Assembly: GCA_965197925.1 (NCBI GenBank)
Contig: CBDAOC010000020.1
Location: 896,001-960,000 of the forward strand
Length of the DNA stretch: 64,000 nucleotides
Direction: 5' to 3'
From: Nitrososphaerales archaeon
Lineage (GTDB): Archaea > Thermoproteota > Nitrososphaeria > Nitrososphaerales > UBA213
In this document: positions 35,906 to 46,122 of the stretch, one piece after another
Layout of the letters: each line of letters begins with the position of its first letter
How positions within the stretch are numbered: position 1 is the first letter of the stretch
The notes under the pieces: model-generated
The model's input: only the letters and a program-made list of their open reading frames with translations
Told to the model about the DNA's origin: nothing
The model's database searches: none
Position numbers and translations under genes: made by a program

Positions 35906-36397
35906 ATGACAAAATCCCCGGGTAAAAACAAGATCTGTGCATTCTCTAACATCTTGGTTCCATTGGATGGTTCCGATAATGCATACAAGGCTCTACGGTA
36001 CGCAGTTCAATTAGCAATTACCAATAATGCAAATTTAACACTTCTACACGTTGTCGAGGAACCTCGTTATATCATACCTGAAGGAGAAAGTTATGCCGTA
36101 CCAAAGAGGATAGTCGATTATGGTGAGAATGTTTTAAGTATCGGCAAGGATCTTGTTGGAAAATCAAATGTAAAAACTAAATTACAATTATTAAAAGGAA
36201 ATCCAGCAGAACGGATCTTCCAATATTCAAACAAAGGTAACTTTGATCTTATAGTTATGGAGACTAGAGGATTGAGTAGAATGAAGTCAATGGTATTTGG
36301 AAGTGTGTCTGACAAGTTGGTACACTTTTCCAAATGCCATATAATGTTGATCAGACCTGATACAAGGATTGAGCCTGGCAGGCGGTACCTGTTTTAA
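35906..36397 (+). CDS. Universal stress protein (UspA family)
   Basis: ILVPLDGS, LLHVV, G.PA..I, DLIVM, GSVS. Confidence 0.9.
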   Translation: MTKSPGKNKICAFSNILVPLDGSDNAYKALRYAVQLAITNNANLTLLHVVEEPRYIIPEGESYAVPKRIVDYGENVLSIGKDLVGKSNVKTKLQLLKGNPAERIFQYSNKGNFDLIVMETRGLSRMKSMVFGSVSDKLVHFSKCHIMLIRPDTRIEPGRRYLF

Positions 36398-36544
36398 TCC
36401 TCGTCCATACCATAATATAATAACTTGATTATGATTAAATTTTATGTGTGCATTGCCAACGACGGTATACCTAGGCTTGGCACTTTACTGCCGCGTAGAC
36501 CTTGGTCTTACTGCTCCCCATTTGATTATACCTACGTACCTATT

Positions 36545-37418
36545 CAACTCATCTCAAAACCCTACAATACATCAAAAATGATGCAGGATTAACAAATGCC
36601 AGGTAGTTTTCTGCCGTTCTTTCATACCTGGTTCTTGTTCTGTGAAATCCATTCTTGAGCCATGCAAGGAATCTCTCAACTACAAATCTTGTCTTGCTGT
36701 AATGTTTGCAATCATTATTTTGCAAGATGAACTTGGGATTTATTTTGTATGGGATGCAACATGCAATATTTCTATCCCACAAATACATTCTGATGTATTT
36801 TGCATCATTTTGTCTGCATAAACTGATTCTATCTGTTGTATTGAATCATCATCAAGATAGTCTGAAATTGATCCTGTAACATCCATGCATTTTGTACTGT
36901 CATGTTCATTTGCTGGACTCAACAGTATGGATATTGGAAATCCGTTACTCTCTACTGCGGCATGTATTTTTGTACCTGTTATTCTCTTGAATCCATTATA
37001 TCCAGTTACATCGCCCCTTTTTTATTAGGAATGGATGAAGAGTCAACTGATATTTTTTGCAGATTAATTTTGCCAGATTTATGTGCTGAGTGAATAGTAC
37101 GTGATAGAATCTTTTTCCAGATTCCTTTTTGTTGCCATTTGTTTAACCTTCTGTTTGCAGTAGAATCATCACCATATCTTTTTGGCATATCGTCCCATCG
37201 GCATCCAGTAGTTAGAACATGGATTATTCCGTTAATGATTTTTCTATCATCATCCCTAGGCCTGCCAGTTTTTGCATGTGGTGGTATGTGTGATTCTATC
37301 ATACTCCACTGTTTGTCTGATAATTCTTGGAATTTCATAAAATAATTTTAGATGTCGCTATTCATGGATCTAAATGGTCACTAAAAATTGTCTAAATGGT
37401 TAGTTTTGAGATGAGTTG
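36545..37418 (-). mobile_element. IS type A copy 3, 874 bp, ATT target duplication
   Basis: IRs flanked by ATT on both sides; inverted relative to copy 2. Confidence 0.92.
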
Positions 37419-37954
37419 ATTGGGGAGTTTTAAGATGACTTCTAAATTGGAGCATCTTTTATCATTGTCGCATCACCTCAAAATTGATGATCATATGCAA
37501 GGACTTCGTCAAATATTTAAACTATTATCGACATGGATTAAAGCCTGTTGCATTACATGATTCTGATAGATTCCATACTTGTGGGGATGGTCTGACTGGA
37601 CGCTTTGATAATAGCAGCTGGAGAAGGTAAAGTAGAGAATGACATAGAAGCGAATGTAAGATCTAGAATTATTCCAGAGGACTAGCCCAAATAAGGTATG
37701 AAAAAAAGAAAAAAGTTTGTTTTATGTTTTGCAACTAATTGGAAGCTTCGCAGCCCAATGGTATCTCACCATTCTGGCAGGTTTGATATATCGTGACTCT
37801 CATGCATAACAGCGTATGGCATGTAACACAATGATCTAATGGTGCAATTCGATATGCAATGTCGATATACAATGGGCTAAAACCCATGGTTTCTATAGAG
37901 CCAATTCAGATTAAAAACATATTAATATTACACTGGGAAAAACACGGAACATAT

Positions 37955-38878
37955 ATGGGTAATCCATTTAAGAAATTTAGAAGAGACGGTGAACCAGAGG
38001 AGGCGGTCCGTGAGAGACCTAGACATAGCAGACCCAGGTCACCTGAGAGCAAAACGAAGCTTGGACTTGGGATAGTGACGGCAATAATCATTTTGGTAAT
38101 AGTCTCACAGTCCGTAGTAATCGTTGAGGCAGGTCATCGTGGAGTGGTTTTATATTTTGGTGCCGTTGAAGATAGAGTACTTCCTGAAGGCTTCTCCTTC
38201 ATAGCTCCGTTTGTGGAACAGGTTGTACAAATGGAAGTTAGGACCCTAAAGTATGAGGCGGATGCGAGCTCGTCTTCCAGCGACCTCCAAGTAGTATCTA
38301 CTGCAGTTGCTTTGAATTTTCATGTAGATCCCGCGGTAGTTCATACAATTTATCAGGAACTTGGAGAAGATTATGCTGCTAGATTAATTGCACCCACCAT
38401 ACAGGAATCTGTAAAGGGGAGCACTGCAAAGTTCGTAGCCGAAGAATTGATCACTAAAAGAGAGGAAGCAAAGGCAAGGATTGGTGATACAATCAGTGAA
38501 ACATTGATCACGAGAGGCTTTATCGTAGAACAGGTCTTCATAACTGACTTCCAATTTTCAGCTGATTTCGCTAGATCAATTGAGCTGAAGGTGGTAGCGC
38601 AACAGGAAGCAGAGAGAGAGAGAAATGTCCTAGAGAGGGTGCGAGTGCAGGCAGAATCAAGAGAAGCCGAGGCCATTGGTAACGCGAACGCAAACATAGC
38701 ACAGGCAAAAGGTGAAGCTGAAGCAATATTGATAATACAAGAACAACTCAGAGAAAGCCCCGATTATCTAAAGTGGCAGGCGATAAACAAATGGAATGGA
38801 AAATTGCCAATAGCGATGGGAGGAGGAGGAGCAATGCCATTCATCGATATCACTACCTTAGCTACTCAGCCCGAATAA
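37955..38878 (+). CDS. Prohibitin/SPFH (band 7) membrane protein
   Basis: TM helix, V.AGHRGV...FG, SSDLQ.V, DFQFS, AKGEAEA, KWNGKLP. Confidence 0.9.
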   Translation: MGNPFKKFRRDGEPEEAVRERPRHSRPRSPESKTKLGLGIVTAIIILVIVSQSVVIVEAGHRGVVLYFGAVEDRVLPEGFSFIAPFVEQVVQMEVRTLKYEADASSSSSDLQVVSTAVALNFHVDPAVVHTIYQELGEDYAARLIAPTIQESVKGSTAKFVAEELITKREEAKARIGDTISETLITRGFIVEQVFITDFQFSADFARSIELKVVAQQEAERERNVLERVRVQAESREAEAIGNANANIAQAKGEAEAILIIQEQLRESPDYLKWQAINKWNGKLPIAMGGGGAMPFIDITTLATQPE

Positions 38879-38884
38879 TTGATT

Positions 38885-39052
38885 GAGGCTTGGGCGTAAT
38901 TAAGTAGCTCGAACCGATAAGATCATGTTTCTGTTTTTATTGTTGATATGTTTAATTCAGACTCCATACCTCGTATATTATTCTTGATTGGCGTGATTCC
39001 TTGGCCAAATCCTAATAGGAAAAGAGGTAGATCATTCTACCATTCACCAACA
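38885..39052 (+). mobile_element. IS type B, left-end remnant
   Basis: GAGGCTTGGGCGTAATT plus about 150 bp homologous to 23341. Confidence 0.8.
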
Positions 39053-39609
39053 ATGATTTACAGAGTTTTGGTTGGCCTCTGAATTTATAGAAGGTATTAA
39101 ACAGATTGACCTCACTGCAATTCGATATACAATGGGCTAAAACCTATGGTTTTTGCAGAGCCGATTAGATTAATACCTTAATTGTTTCGATATGACCCGA
39201 ATCTTTACAACATATCACATGGCCCTAAGATTTGACAGAGCCATAAAACACAACGGTTCAAGAATGCTGAAGAATACTTAAAATCCCTAGATGAAGATTA
39301 GTGGAAAGTGCCATACAACAAAATCCTGTAGTTTTCAAACGCTTATCCGAGATATAATTGGCCGAGTTCACTAACGATATTCTTCTCCTACATGAGAAAG
39401 TAATGGAGTCCTTTTCCGATTATATTAATAACAAATCATATAATTAATTCATCTAACGAACTTTTACACCAGATTAACTACGCGTGTCAAACACAGGCTT
39501 GACAGAGACTTTAAAGAACATATACTAGGGCTTTATTTCATAGAAATTTCCTTAATCTGGAACAAACGAGCCGGTTTTGGGGGGTACAAGTACTCATGTG
39601 CGTTTTTAT

Positions 39610-39906
39610 ATGCTAGAGAAGTTTGATCCATTAATATGGCATTCCCCTACCAGAGCAAGGCAAAGGTATGTTCCACATAAAACTCTGCGTGAAGGATGGA
39701 CTTACGTGCCTGTTCCTGATGATGATATGGTAATAGGCATTAGAGTTGCCGTAACTAAAGTTATGAAAGTTTTAAATCCTGACGATACGCCTGTTGTGGA
39801 TAGTGCGGGTAATCCCTCATACTTCATGCAATCAGTAAATATTGTTAAAATTTTAACAGATACTGAATTCGACATCGTGAAGAAAATGGAATTGGGCGGT
39901 GAATAG
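39610..39906 (+). CDS. Hypothetical beta-rich protein
   Basis: ORF overlapping the next gene; E.W...DD..I.I.V.V..V..G.P.Y...S.NIV. Confidence 0.6.
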   Translation: MLEKFDPLIWHSPTRARQRYVPHKTLREGWTYVPVPDDDMVIGIRVAVTKVMKVLNPDDTPVVDSAGNPSYFMQSVNIVKILTDTEFDIVKKMELGGE

Positions 39907-40006
39907 AGATATGGATGCTTATAGAGATTCATTCCAGAAACCTTTGATCCGGGATAGAACAGTCTTAACAGTGAATAGAGATATGGATGCTTATAGAGAT
40001 TCATTC
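39899..40006. repeat. 36-bp direct repeat / 36-bp spacer / 36-bp direct repeat
   Basis: GTGAATAGAGATATGGATGCTTATAGAGATTCATTC at 39899-39934 and 39971-40006. Confidence 0.95.
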
Positions 40007-40534
40007 AATGAACTACCTAAATCTATCATGCATGACATAAATGTGAATCGTAACTTTGAATTTGTAGATGGGAAACAACCTAATCGAGCAATAAAAATAC
40101 CAGCCAGAAAGAAAAGAGGAAAGGCCATAGAGTGGACTACATTGGAGCAGGAATTACATGAATTCGATCCTACAATAGTGGTTCTAAATGTATGGAATGT
40201 TAATAAATCAATACGCGTGGGAATAACGCCTGCTATATTTTCGACGTCAGAAGAAGAGAGGGAGATTTCTGAATTAGAATATACTATAATGGGATTAATC
40301 AAAAATGGTTCCATCACGGAGGATAATGCCGTAGATATGTTTACACAGGAACAAATATTCAATGACAAATTTGAGGAATTGAAGATGAAACATGCAGATA
40401 AGGAAATAATAGTGTGTGGCAATGAGATATTTTTAGGTGATAGTTTTGAGGAGGCTCTCGAAAAAGCTCGTAGTAAACATCAGAACAGACTCTTCTACTC
40501 TTACAGTCCTACTAAAGAACCAATAACATTTTGA
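39899..40534 (+). CDS. Hypothetical protein with C-terminal DUF5678-like domain
   Basis: FEELK.KHA.KEIIVCGNEIFLGDSFEEALEKAR pattern. Confidence 0.6.
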   Translation: MNRDMDAYRDSFQKPLIRDRTVLTVNRDMDAYRDSFNELPKSIMHDINVNRNFEFVDGKQPNRAIKIPARKKRGKAIEWTTLEQELHEFDPTIVVLNVWNVNKSIRVGITPAIFSTSEEEREISELEYTIMGLIKNGSITEDNAVDMFTQEQIFNDKFEELKMKHADKEIIVCGNEIFLGDSFEEALEKARSKHQNRLFYSYSPTKEPITF

Positions 40535-40541
40535 GGGGTTT

Positions 40542-40915
40542 GTGTTGCAGCTGTCATCGCGTGGAGATATGTTCTTTGCAGGGCTAACTATTGTGGGAAA
40601 CAAAAACCGGGATATCGATGTATTAGTAGATACGGGTGCAAGTGAAACCCTGGTTGATAATGACACATGCATTGATTTAGGACTGACTTTGGACGGGTTT
40701 AGGGAACGATCATGTATTCATGGAGATAGTAAACCGTGTCCCTTGTACAAGGGGTGATAGAGATAGCTGGCATCCGTAAAGATGACACTCGAATTTGTGG
40801 TTTGACCTTGGAATTAGGTGGTGAACGCGTGGAGGGAATTCTGGGCAGAGACATGATGAAGGACTTTAAGTTAACAATTGATTGGCGAAACTGTGTTGGT
40901 CAACTTGCTGATTGA
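40542..40915 (+). pseudogene. Clan AA (retropepsin-like) aspartyl protease, frameshifted in a G4 run near 40751
   Basis: LVDTGASET in one frame; ILGRD...LTIDW in the -1 frame. Confidence 0.8.
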
Positions 40916-41035
40916 TTTGCCTACCGATAGAATGAATTTTCTCTTATGATTAGTAAACCCCGACACTCGTCAGAATAAGATCGCTACACCTTTAGTCCTT
41001 CTTGTTTTAGTACCAAAGATGATCTTTTCAACTAC

Positions 41036-41365
41036 GTGGATTGTACGGAAGAATTTGCAGTAATATCCATCTTTGCAGGGTTGACGGGAAGCGGTGATGC
41101 CAGTCTCGCTGTCTCAATTGGAGGCGTGGATATTGGTAGCCCAATTGATCTGGAAGTTGATGGTTACAAGGAATTAGTTGGAGAGGCTGGAATGCCTGGA
41201 AGAGCTCTTATTTCAATAGCAGACGATGACGTGGTGATAACTGCTGCTGAAACAGCTGCTGATGATGGCAATGACGAAGAGGTAACCGTAACGGCTCGGG
41301 TAATGGTGTCAAAAGGTGGAAGCTGCACGTTTGAAAATACTACACCGCCTGCAACAAACGGATAA
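41036..41365 (+). CDS. Acidic hypothetical protein, possibly a fragment of a secreted protein
   Basis: 109-aa ORF followed by an oligo-T terminator. Confidence 0.45.
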   Translation: MDCTEEFAVISIFAGLTGSGDASLAVSIGGVDIGSPIDLEVDGYKELVGEAGMPGRALISIADDDVVITAAETAADDGNDEEVTVTARVMVSKGGSCTFENTTPPATNG

Positions 41366-41399
41366 ACTAGCTATTTTTTTTTACAACTTGGTCTGAACT

Positions 41400-42125
41400 T
41401 AGTCAGGAGGGATTATTTATTTGGAGACACTGATGACGGCACATTGTTTGGGAGGATCGATGACGATGTATTGGATAGCAGTTTTGGTTTAGACTTACTA
41501 ATTGAAGGTGATAGGGATGATTCATTGTATGGCGGGGTGGTATATTCGTCGAGACGATCAGTGGTGGCGCTAGAGATGATTCAATAGATGACGGGGGTGG
41601 TGATGGCATTGTTGATGGAGCCGGAGATGACGTTATCTAGGACGCTCTAGGTAATGATAGTATCGATGGTGGAGATGGTGATGACAGGCTTGAAGGGGAT
41701 GTTGGTAATGATATCGGGGATCGGGGAATGATACCGCCAAGGGTAGAAGTGGGGATGATGAAATTGACGGAGGAGACAGGCTTGAAGGGGATGTTGGTAA
41801 TGACACTTTTATCGGGGATCGGGGAATGATACATGACACTTTTATCGGGGATCGGGGAATGCAAGGGTAGAAGTGGGGATGATGAAATTGACGGAGGAGG
41901 TGATGACAGGCTTGAAGGGGATGTTGGTAATGACACTTTTATCGGGGATCGGGGAATGATACCGCCAAGGGTAGAAGTGGGGATGATGAAATTGACGGAG
42001 GAGATGGTGATGACTTGATGGTGTAGTGATATTGATACATTAAGTGGAGGAAATGACAATGATTTTCTTAATGGCGTGGCTGGAAGATACTCTAGACGGA
42101 GGTGATGGTAGTGATATACTTTTTG
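41400..42125 (+). pseudogene. Decayed RTX/haemolysin-type Ca-binding repeat protein
   Basis: GGxGDDxLxG nonapeptides scattered over all three + frames with stops. Confidence 0.8.
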
Positions 42126-42669
42126 GATCTTTTGATACTGATACGTCCCCCAATGGGGAGACAAACCTTTCCTGTGAACTTTAGCGGAGCTTCATTATCC
42201 TAGGATACTGTTTTGACGAGGAAGGTACCTCAATAGAGGAAAGAAGAATTTAGATTTGTTTATTGTATTGTAACCGAAATTAATTTTGTCAGGAATTTTT
42301 CTAATAGTTAAATCCACTTGATCCATAAACTAAAGATTATGAACCTGTGAAATCATCTCCCACTGATAGTAATGTTGTACATGCTTTATGAACGCAATAT
42401 TTACATGAATACATATCTTACTATTTCTCTTTGTTCATGAGCCAACATATTGTATATTCCCGAGTAGTTTATTTCTAAATAAGACGCGCCGCTTGGACTA
42501 GATGATCACCGCCATCCAATCACAAATTGGTATCGTTCACAGAATTACGGTAAGGGCAAGTTGTTGATGCAATAAATGGGATGTGTGACAAATGATGTTG
42601 GTAATCGGAATACCAGAAGAATTATCTATTTTTCAGTATCTTCACAAGAATGGCTTTATTGCCATTTAG

Positions 42670-42828
42670 TTATTTTATCCTTCCTTCGTGCTTTAGATCC
42701 GATAATATTTTCTTTAAGGTATCGTAATCAACATTAACTTCATTCAGAATCCTCGCATGGTCTATATTTCCATGCTTCTTAATAATTCTCGCGACAATCT
42801 GCTTCTTTTTGAGATATATCCTATCCAT
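42670..42828 (-). CDS. 52-aa small basic winged-helix-like protein (below ORF-track cutoff)
   Basis: MDRIYLKKKQIVARIIKKHGNIDHARILNEVNVDYDTLKKILSDLKHEGRIK; TATA-like TTTATTTA upstream. Confidence 0.6.
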   Translation of the reverse strand: MDRIYLKKKQIVARIIKKHGNIDHARILNEVNVDYDTLKKILSDLKHEGRIK

Positions 42829-43318
42829 ACCCACAAATTAGATTGGTGATAAATAAAGATCAGGTGGAAAATTTATTTAATCATCTTTTCTAGCATATAG
42901 AGAAAATTCATTCACTTTTCAATTACAAAAGGGGAGAGGTTACATGAAGAGTATCAAATAATTGATCCTATTCGTAAGTCATTCCAACCAATTGCAAAAT
43001 AAAATTCGCGACTTGCTTTATTTACGACCCAAATTAACGGTTAACAAGCAATCAAGTTACGTACAGAATGCAATAGAGGTTACAAATAGTTGATCATAGA
43101 CAATTTATGGACCACATGGGCCATGACAACAGGAAAGTGATGCTAAAATTGCAGCCACTGAGAGATGGGTTAAAAGGCCAAGGTACGACTAATTACCGGG
43201 ATCTTTGAACCATAAGATACCAATGTCCAAGGAGTTGAAATATTGTGGAGAAACCAAGTATTTTTTCATCATTCTCTTTTGTTCCCCTTCGAGGAGGTGG
43301 ATTATTTTTTTCTTCAAA

Positions 43319-43919
43319 TCACTTTACCGTAACCTTACCCTCCATCCATGGGTGAACCACACAGTAATATGGGTATTGTCCTTCCTTTTCAAAAGTGACA
43401 GTAAATGTAGTTCCACCACTACTAGGAGTAAACTCTTCAGGGAATAGCTAACCCGAATTAACGTATTTCTCACTGCCGTTCAGAACATATTTTTTGTTTG
43501 GTCCAAGATAGTTCACTTTGTCTTTTGAATCAATCACAACTGAGCTCCATGATCTTGAATTCAAGGCCACCAGAGTATCCATTTCTCCCTCACCTGGTAT
43601 CACCATAGCTTCACTGTTAAAATCTGTAAGTGAAGGCATCAATTGCATAGATCTTGGTATAAGCCGCCAAGTTCGTTCCATCTGGAAGACTATTTCTGTC
43701 CATGACGAATGTAACTGTATGTGGCTCCGCCACCTTACCTACTTTGCTTACGAAATTTACACTTTCCCCAACTTTAACCTCTATATTTTTTGGGAAGAAT
43801 GCTATCCTTTGAATGGTAGGACTGCCCCAGCCTACGTACACTTCGTTAGCTTCTCTAGATTCAAAGAAACCTTTACCACCTTTTGAATATGGTTCTTTGC
43901 TGTACACATTTTCCATCAC
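43319..43919 (-). pseudogene. Cupredoxin (plastocyanin-like) protein with frameshift and in-frame TAG
   Basis: FFP..I.VKVGESV, EPHTVTF, then VNSG*LFP...YYCVVHPWM.GKV. Confidence 0.8.
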
Positions 43920-43931
43920 TTCGCCTCCTGC

Positions 43932-45299
43932 CTAAGTCACTATCACCCTACCGGTCATCCAAGGATGTAGTGTACAAACATAATCGAACGTTCCTCCCTT
44001 TTCAAATGTATAAGTAAAAATATCCCCAGGCTTCATAATTGCGGAGTCAAATATTTCATCTATGTTGGTTACCGTATGAACGGCTGAATCATCGTTGGTC
44101 CATGTTACAGTATCTCCTAAATTAACACGTATCTTTTCAGGTTCGAAAGTTATACGCAATGATGCCTTTGCCGAGTCAACCGGTGCCGAGACCATTGTGC
44201 TCTCAATTATGTCTGTCTTACCCTCTCCATTTTCACCCTCGTTGTAAACAGATTTTTTTGGCGTACTCACTTGCCCATCTGGATCTTCCGCCTGCAATTC
44301 CTTGAGCAGGTCTTCTTGCCAGCCTATCATACTGATGGACTTTGTTATAGATACATCCAATCCATCCATTGCATCTCCAGGCGCTTCTGTGACATCAAAG
44401 TAACCTAACGTTCCTTTCTCTTCAGGCGTTCCATGTATGTGGAAAAGATACCTGCCTTCCCATGGCCACGTTGCCTCAAAGATAGCAGTATCACCTGCTG
44501 ACACGGCATACGTCATTACCTTCAGAGGAGGATTTTGCCACAAACCAGCTGGCCATGCTTTGAAAGTCGTGCCATGTATATGAAATCCCCATGCAGGTGA
44601 GGCACTTATATTGGTGAAATAGATCCTAACGGTCTCATTCACTCTAGCAGGAAGTGGGTTGGACATATACTGGTCCACGTAACCATTGAGCATCACATAC
44701 TGGGGTGTCTCCGTCATCTGATCTTGTGTATCGTACTCTCCCATAACAAGCATGTACTCACGCGCCGCTTCCAACGGTGTCTTCGGATCGATTATGAATG
44801 CCCCATACATCCCGTTGCGTATATGCAGTGTTACTGGCATCACATGGCAATGGTACATCATTGCACCCGCAGGCGTTGCTATGAAATCATAAGTGAAGGT
44901 TTCATTAGGTAGAACTTCTTCGAAAACGCCATCGTTTATAGAATTATGATCACCGTGGAAGTGTATTGTATGTGTGGTTGTTGAGTTGTTTATGAAATGC
45001 GTTATAACACGATCGCCCTCAGTAACCCTTACAGTAGGTCCTGGTATCGTACCGTTATATGCCCATGCCAAAACCCGGACTCCAGGAGCTATCTCAACTG
45101 TAGTTTCCTTCATAACCATTGTATATTCATGTGTTTCAGGAGCGCTTGTTTGTATACCTTCGACTTCATTCCCCACAGAAAGAGGAGTTACATCGTTGGA
45201 ATAATTCAAAATACCTTGATTCACATTCAATAAAGTTATTCCAGTAATGGTAACTGCAGCGATTATAACAGCTAAGTACACTTGGGACTTTCTTATCAT
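43932..45299 (-). CDS. Two-domain multicopper oxidase fused to a C-terminal plastocyanin-like domain
   Basis: N-terminal anchor; HTIHFHG, YHCH..H....M, FHIHG, FHIH; C-terminal HTVT..YVCTLHPWM. Confidence 0.88.
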   Translation of the reverse strand: MIRKSQVYLAVIIAAVTITGITLLNVNQGILNYSNDVTPLSVGNEVEGIQTSAPETHEYTMVMKETTVEIAPGVRVLAWAYNGTIPGPTVRVTEGDRVITHFINNSTTTHTIHFHGDHNSINDGVFEEVLPNETFTYDFIATPAGAMMYHCHVMPVTLHIRNGMYGAFIIDPKTPLEAAREYMLVMGEYDTQDQMTETPQYVMLNGYVDQYMSNPLPARVNETVRIYFTNISASPAWGFHIHGTTFKAWPAGLWQNPPLKVMTYAVSAGDTAIFEATWPWEGRYLFHIHGTPEEKGTLGYFDVTEAPGDAMDGLDVSITKSISMIGWQEDLLKELQAEDPDGQVSTPKKSVYNEGENGEGKTDIIESTMVSAPVDSAKASLRITFEPEKIRVNLGDTVTWTNDDSAVHTVTNIDEIFDSAIMKPGDIFTYTFEKGGTFDYVCTLHPWMTGRVIVT

Positions 45300-45368
45300 A
45301 ATTATCTACAAAAATCAGGGTAATATTAATGAACGATCCTTCGGAAACGAGGGTGATGCAATTTCAAA

Positions 45369-45416
45369 ACTGAGCTTATCTAAGATAAGTTTACTGAGCT
45401 TATCTAAGATAAGTTT
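45369..45416. promoter_or_regulatory. 2 x 24-bp repeat, each containing the palindrome CTTATCT-A-AGATAAG
   Basis: Read directly, 70-117 bp upstream of the MCO start; operator role inferred. Confidence 0.5.
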
Positions 45417-45701
45417 AAGCCTTGAAGTATAGAAAATGAGAACAATACCATTTCTTATATTACGAGAATCCTATCAGGTTCAAATTATAGTTTTCCATAA
45501 TACCTTGCCATATGTAAATTAAAATTCCAAGAATTACCAGAAATTAAGAAAGAATCATCTAAAAATATCCATAGATTATTCTTAATATGACTTGTCAAAT
45601 CTTCGTTTATACTATACTCACCGTGGCAGCCGGTTTGGGCCGTGTTAATTTAGGTTACGTAATTCAAATGATTTTATATTTCAAAAAATGGAAAAGTGAT
45701 G

Positions 45702-45986
45702 TTAACGTTTCCGCGCAGTGATAGTGTGTGTTTTTCCCACATACCATCTTATGGTATCTTTAAAGCTTGACCACCAGTCAAAAAAGGCATCGCTATTGTC
45801 TGCCTCAAAAAGCAAGAACCCATTGTACTCAGTTCCCCATGCATGGTCATATTCACCAGCCAGCCTAATTCCTGATGGTAGCTTATTCTTTAGTTCATGC
45901 CATTCTGAACCAGCTTTCAGAGCCTCATCTTTGCTCATTGTCTTGAATCTATAAAAAACTAGGAATGTAGTCGTCATATACGACAC
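45702..45986 (-). CDS. Small dimeric alpha/beta-barrel-like hypothetical protein
   Basis: GIRL.GEY.HAWGT.YNGFLLFEA. Confidence 0.65.
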   Translation of the reverse strand: MSYMTTTFLVFYRFKTMSKDEALKAGSEWHELKNKLPSGIRLAGEYDHAWGTEYNGFLLFEADNSDAFFDWWSSFKDTIRWYVGKTHTITARKR

Positions 45987-46122
45987 TTCTATTTACTGAT
46001 ATTAATAATTTTTCATCACTTTCCTCCGTATACATCATATCATAATTTCACTCAATCTATACATTTCAGGTATTACCTTGTTGGCCAACTTTCTGTTGTA
46101 TTTCACGACAAGTCTGAATATT

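Noticed and set aside
32911..37418. Already-transposed composite transposon
   Set aside because: Outer flanks lack the 3-bp duplication, and copy 3 has its own ATT duplication
41403..42164. Pro/Ser/His-rich minus-strand ORFs
   Set aside because: Antisense shadows of the Gly/Asp RTX repeats
43932..45299. nirK assignment
   Set aside because: Four HxH motifs fit a trinuclear-cluster two-domain MCO rather than a Cu nitrite reductase
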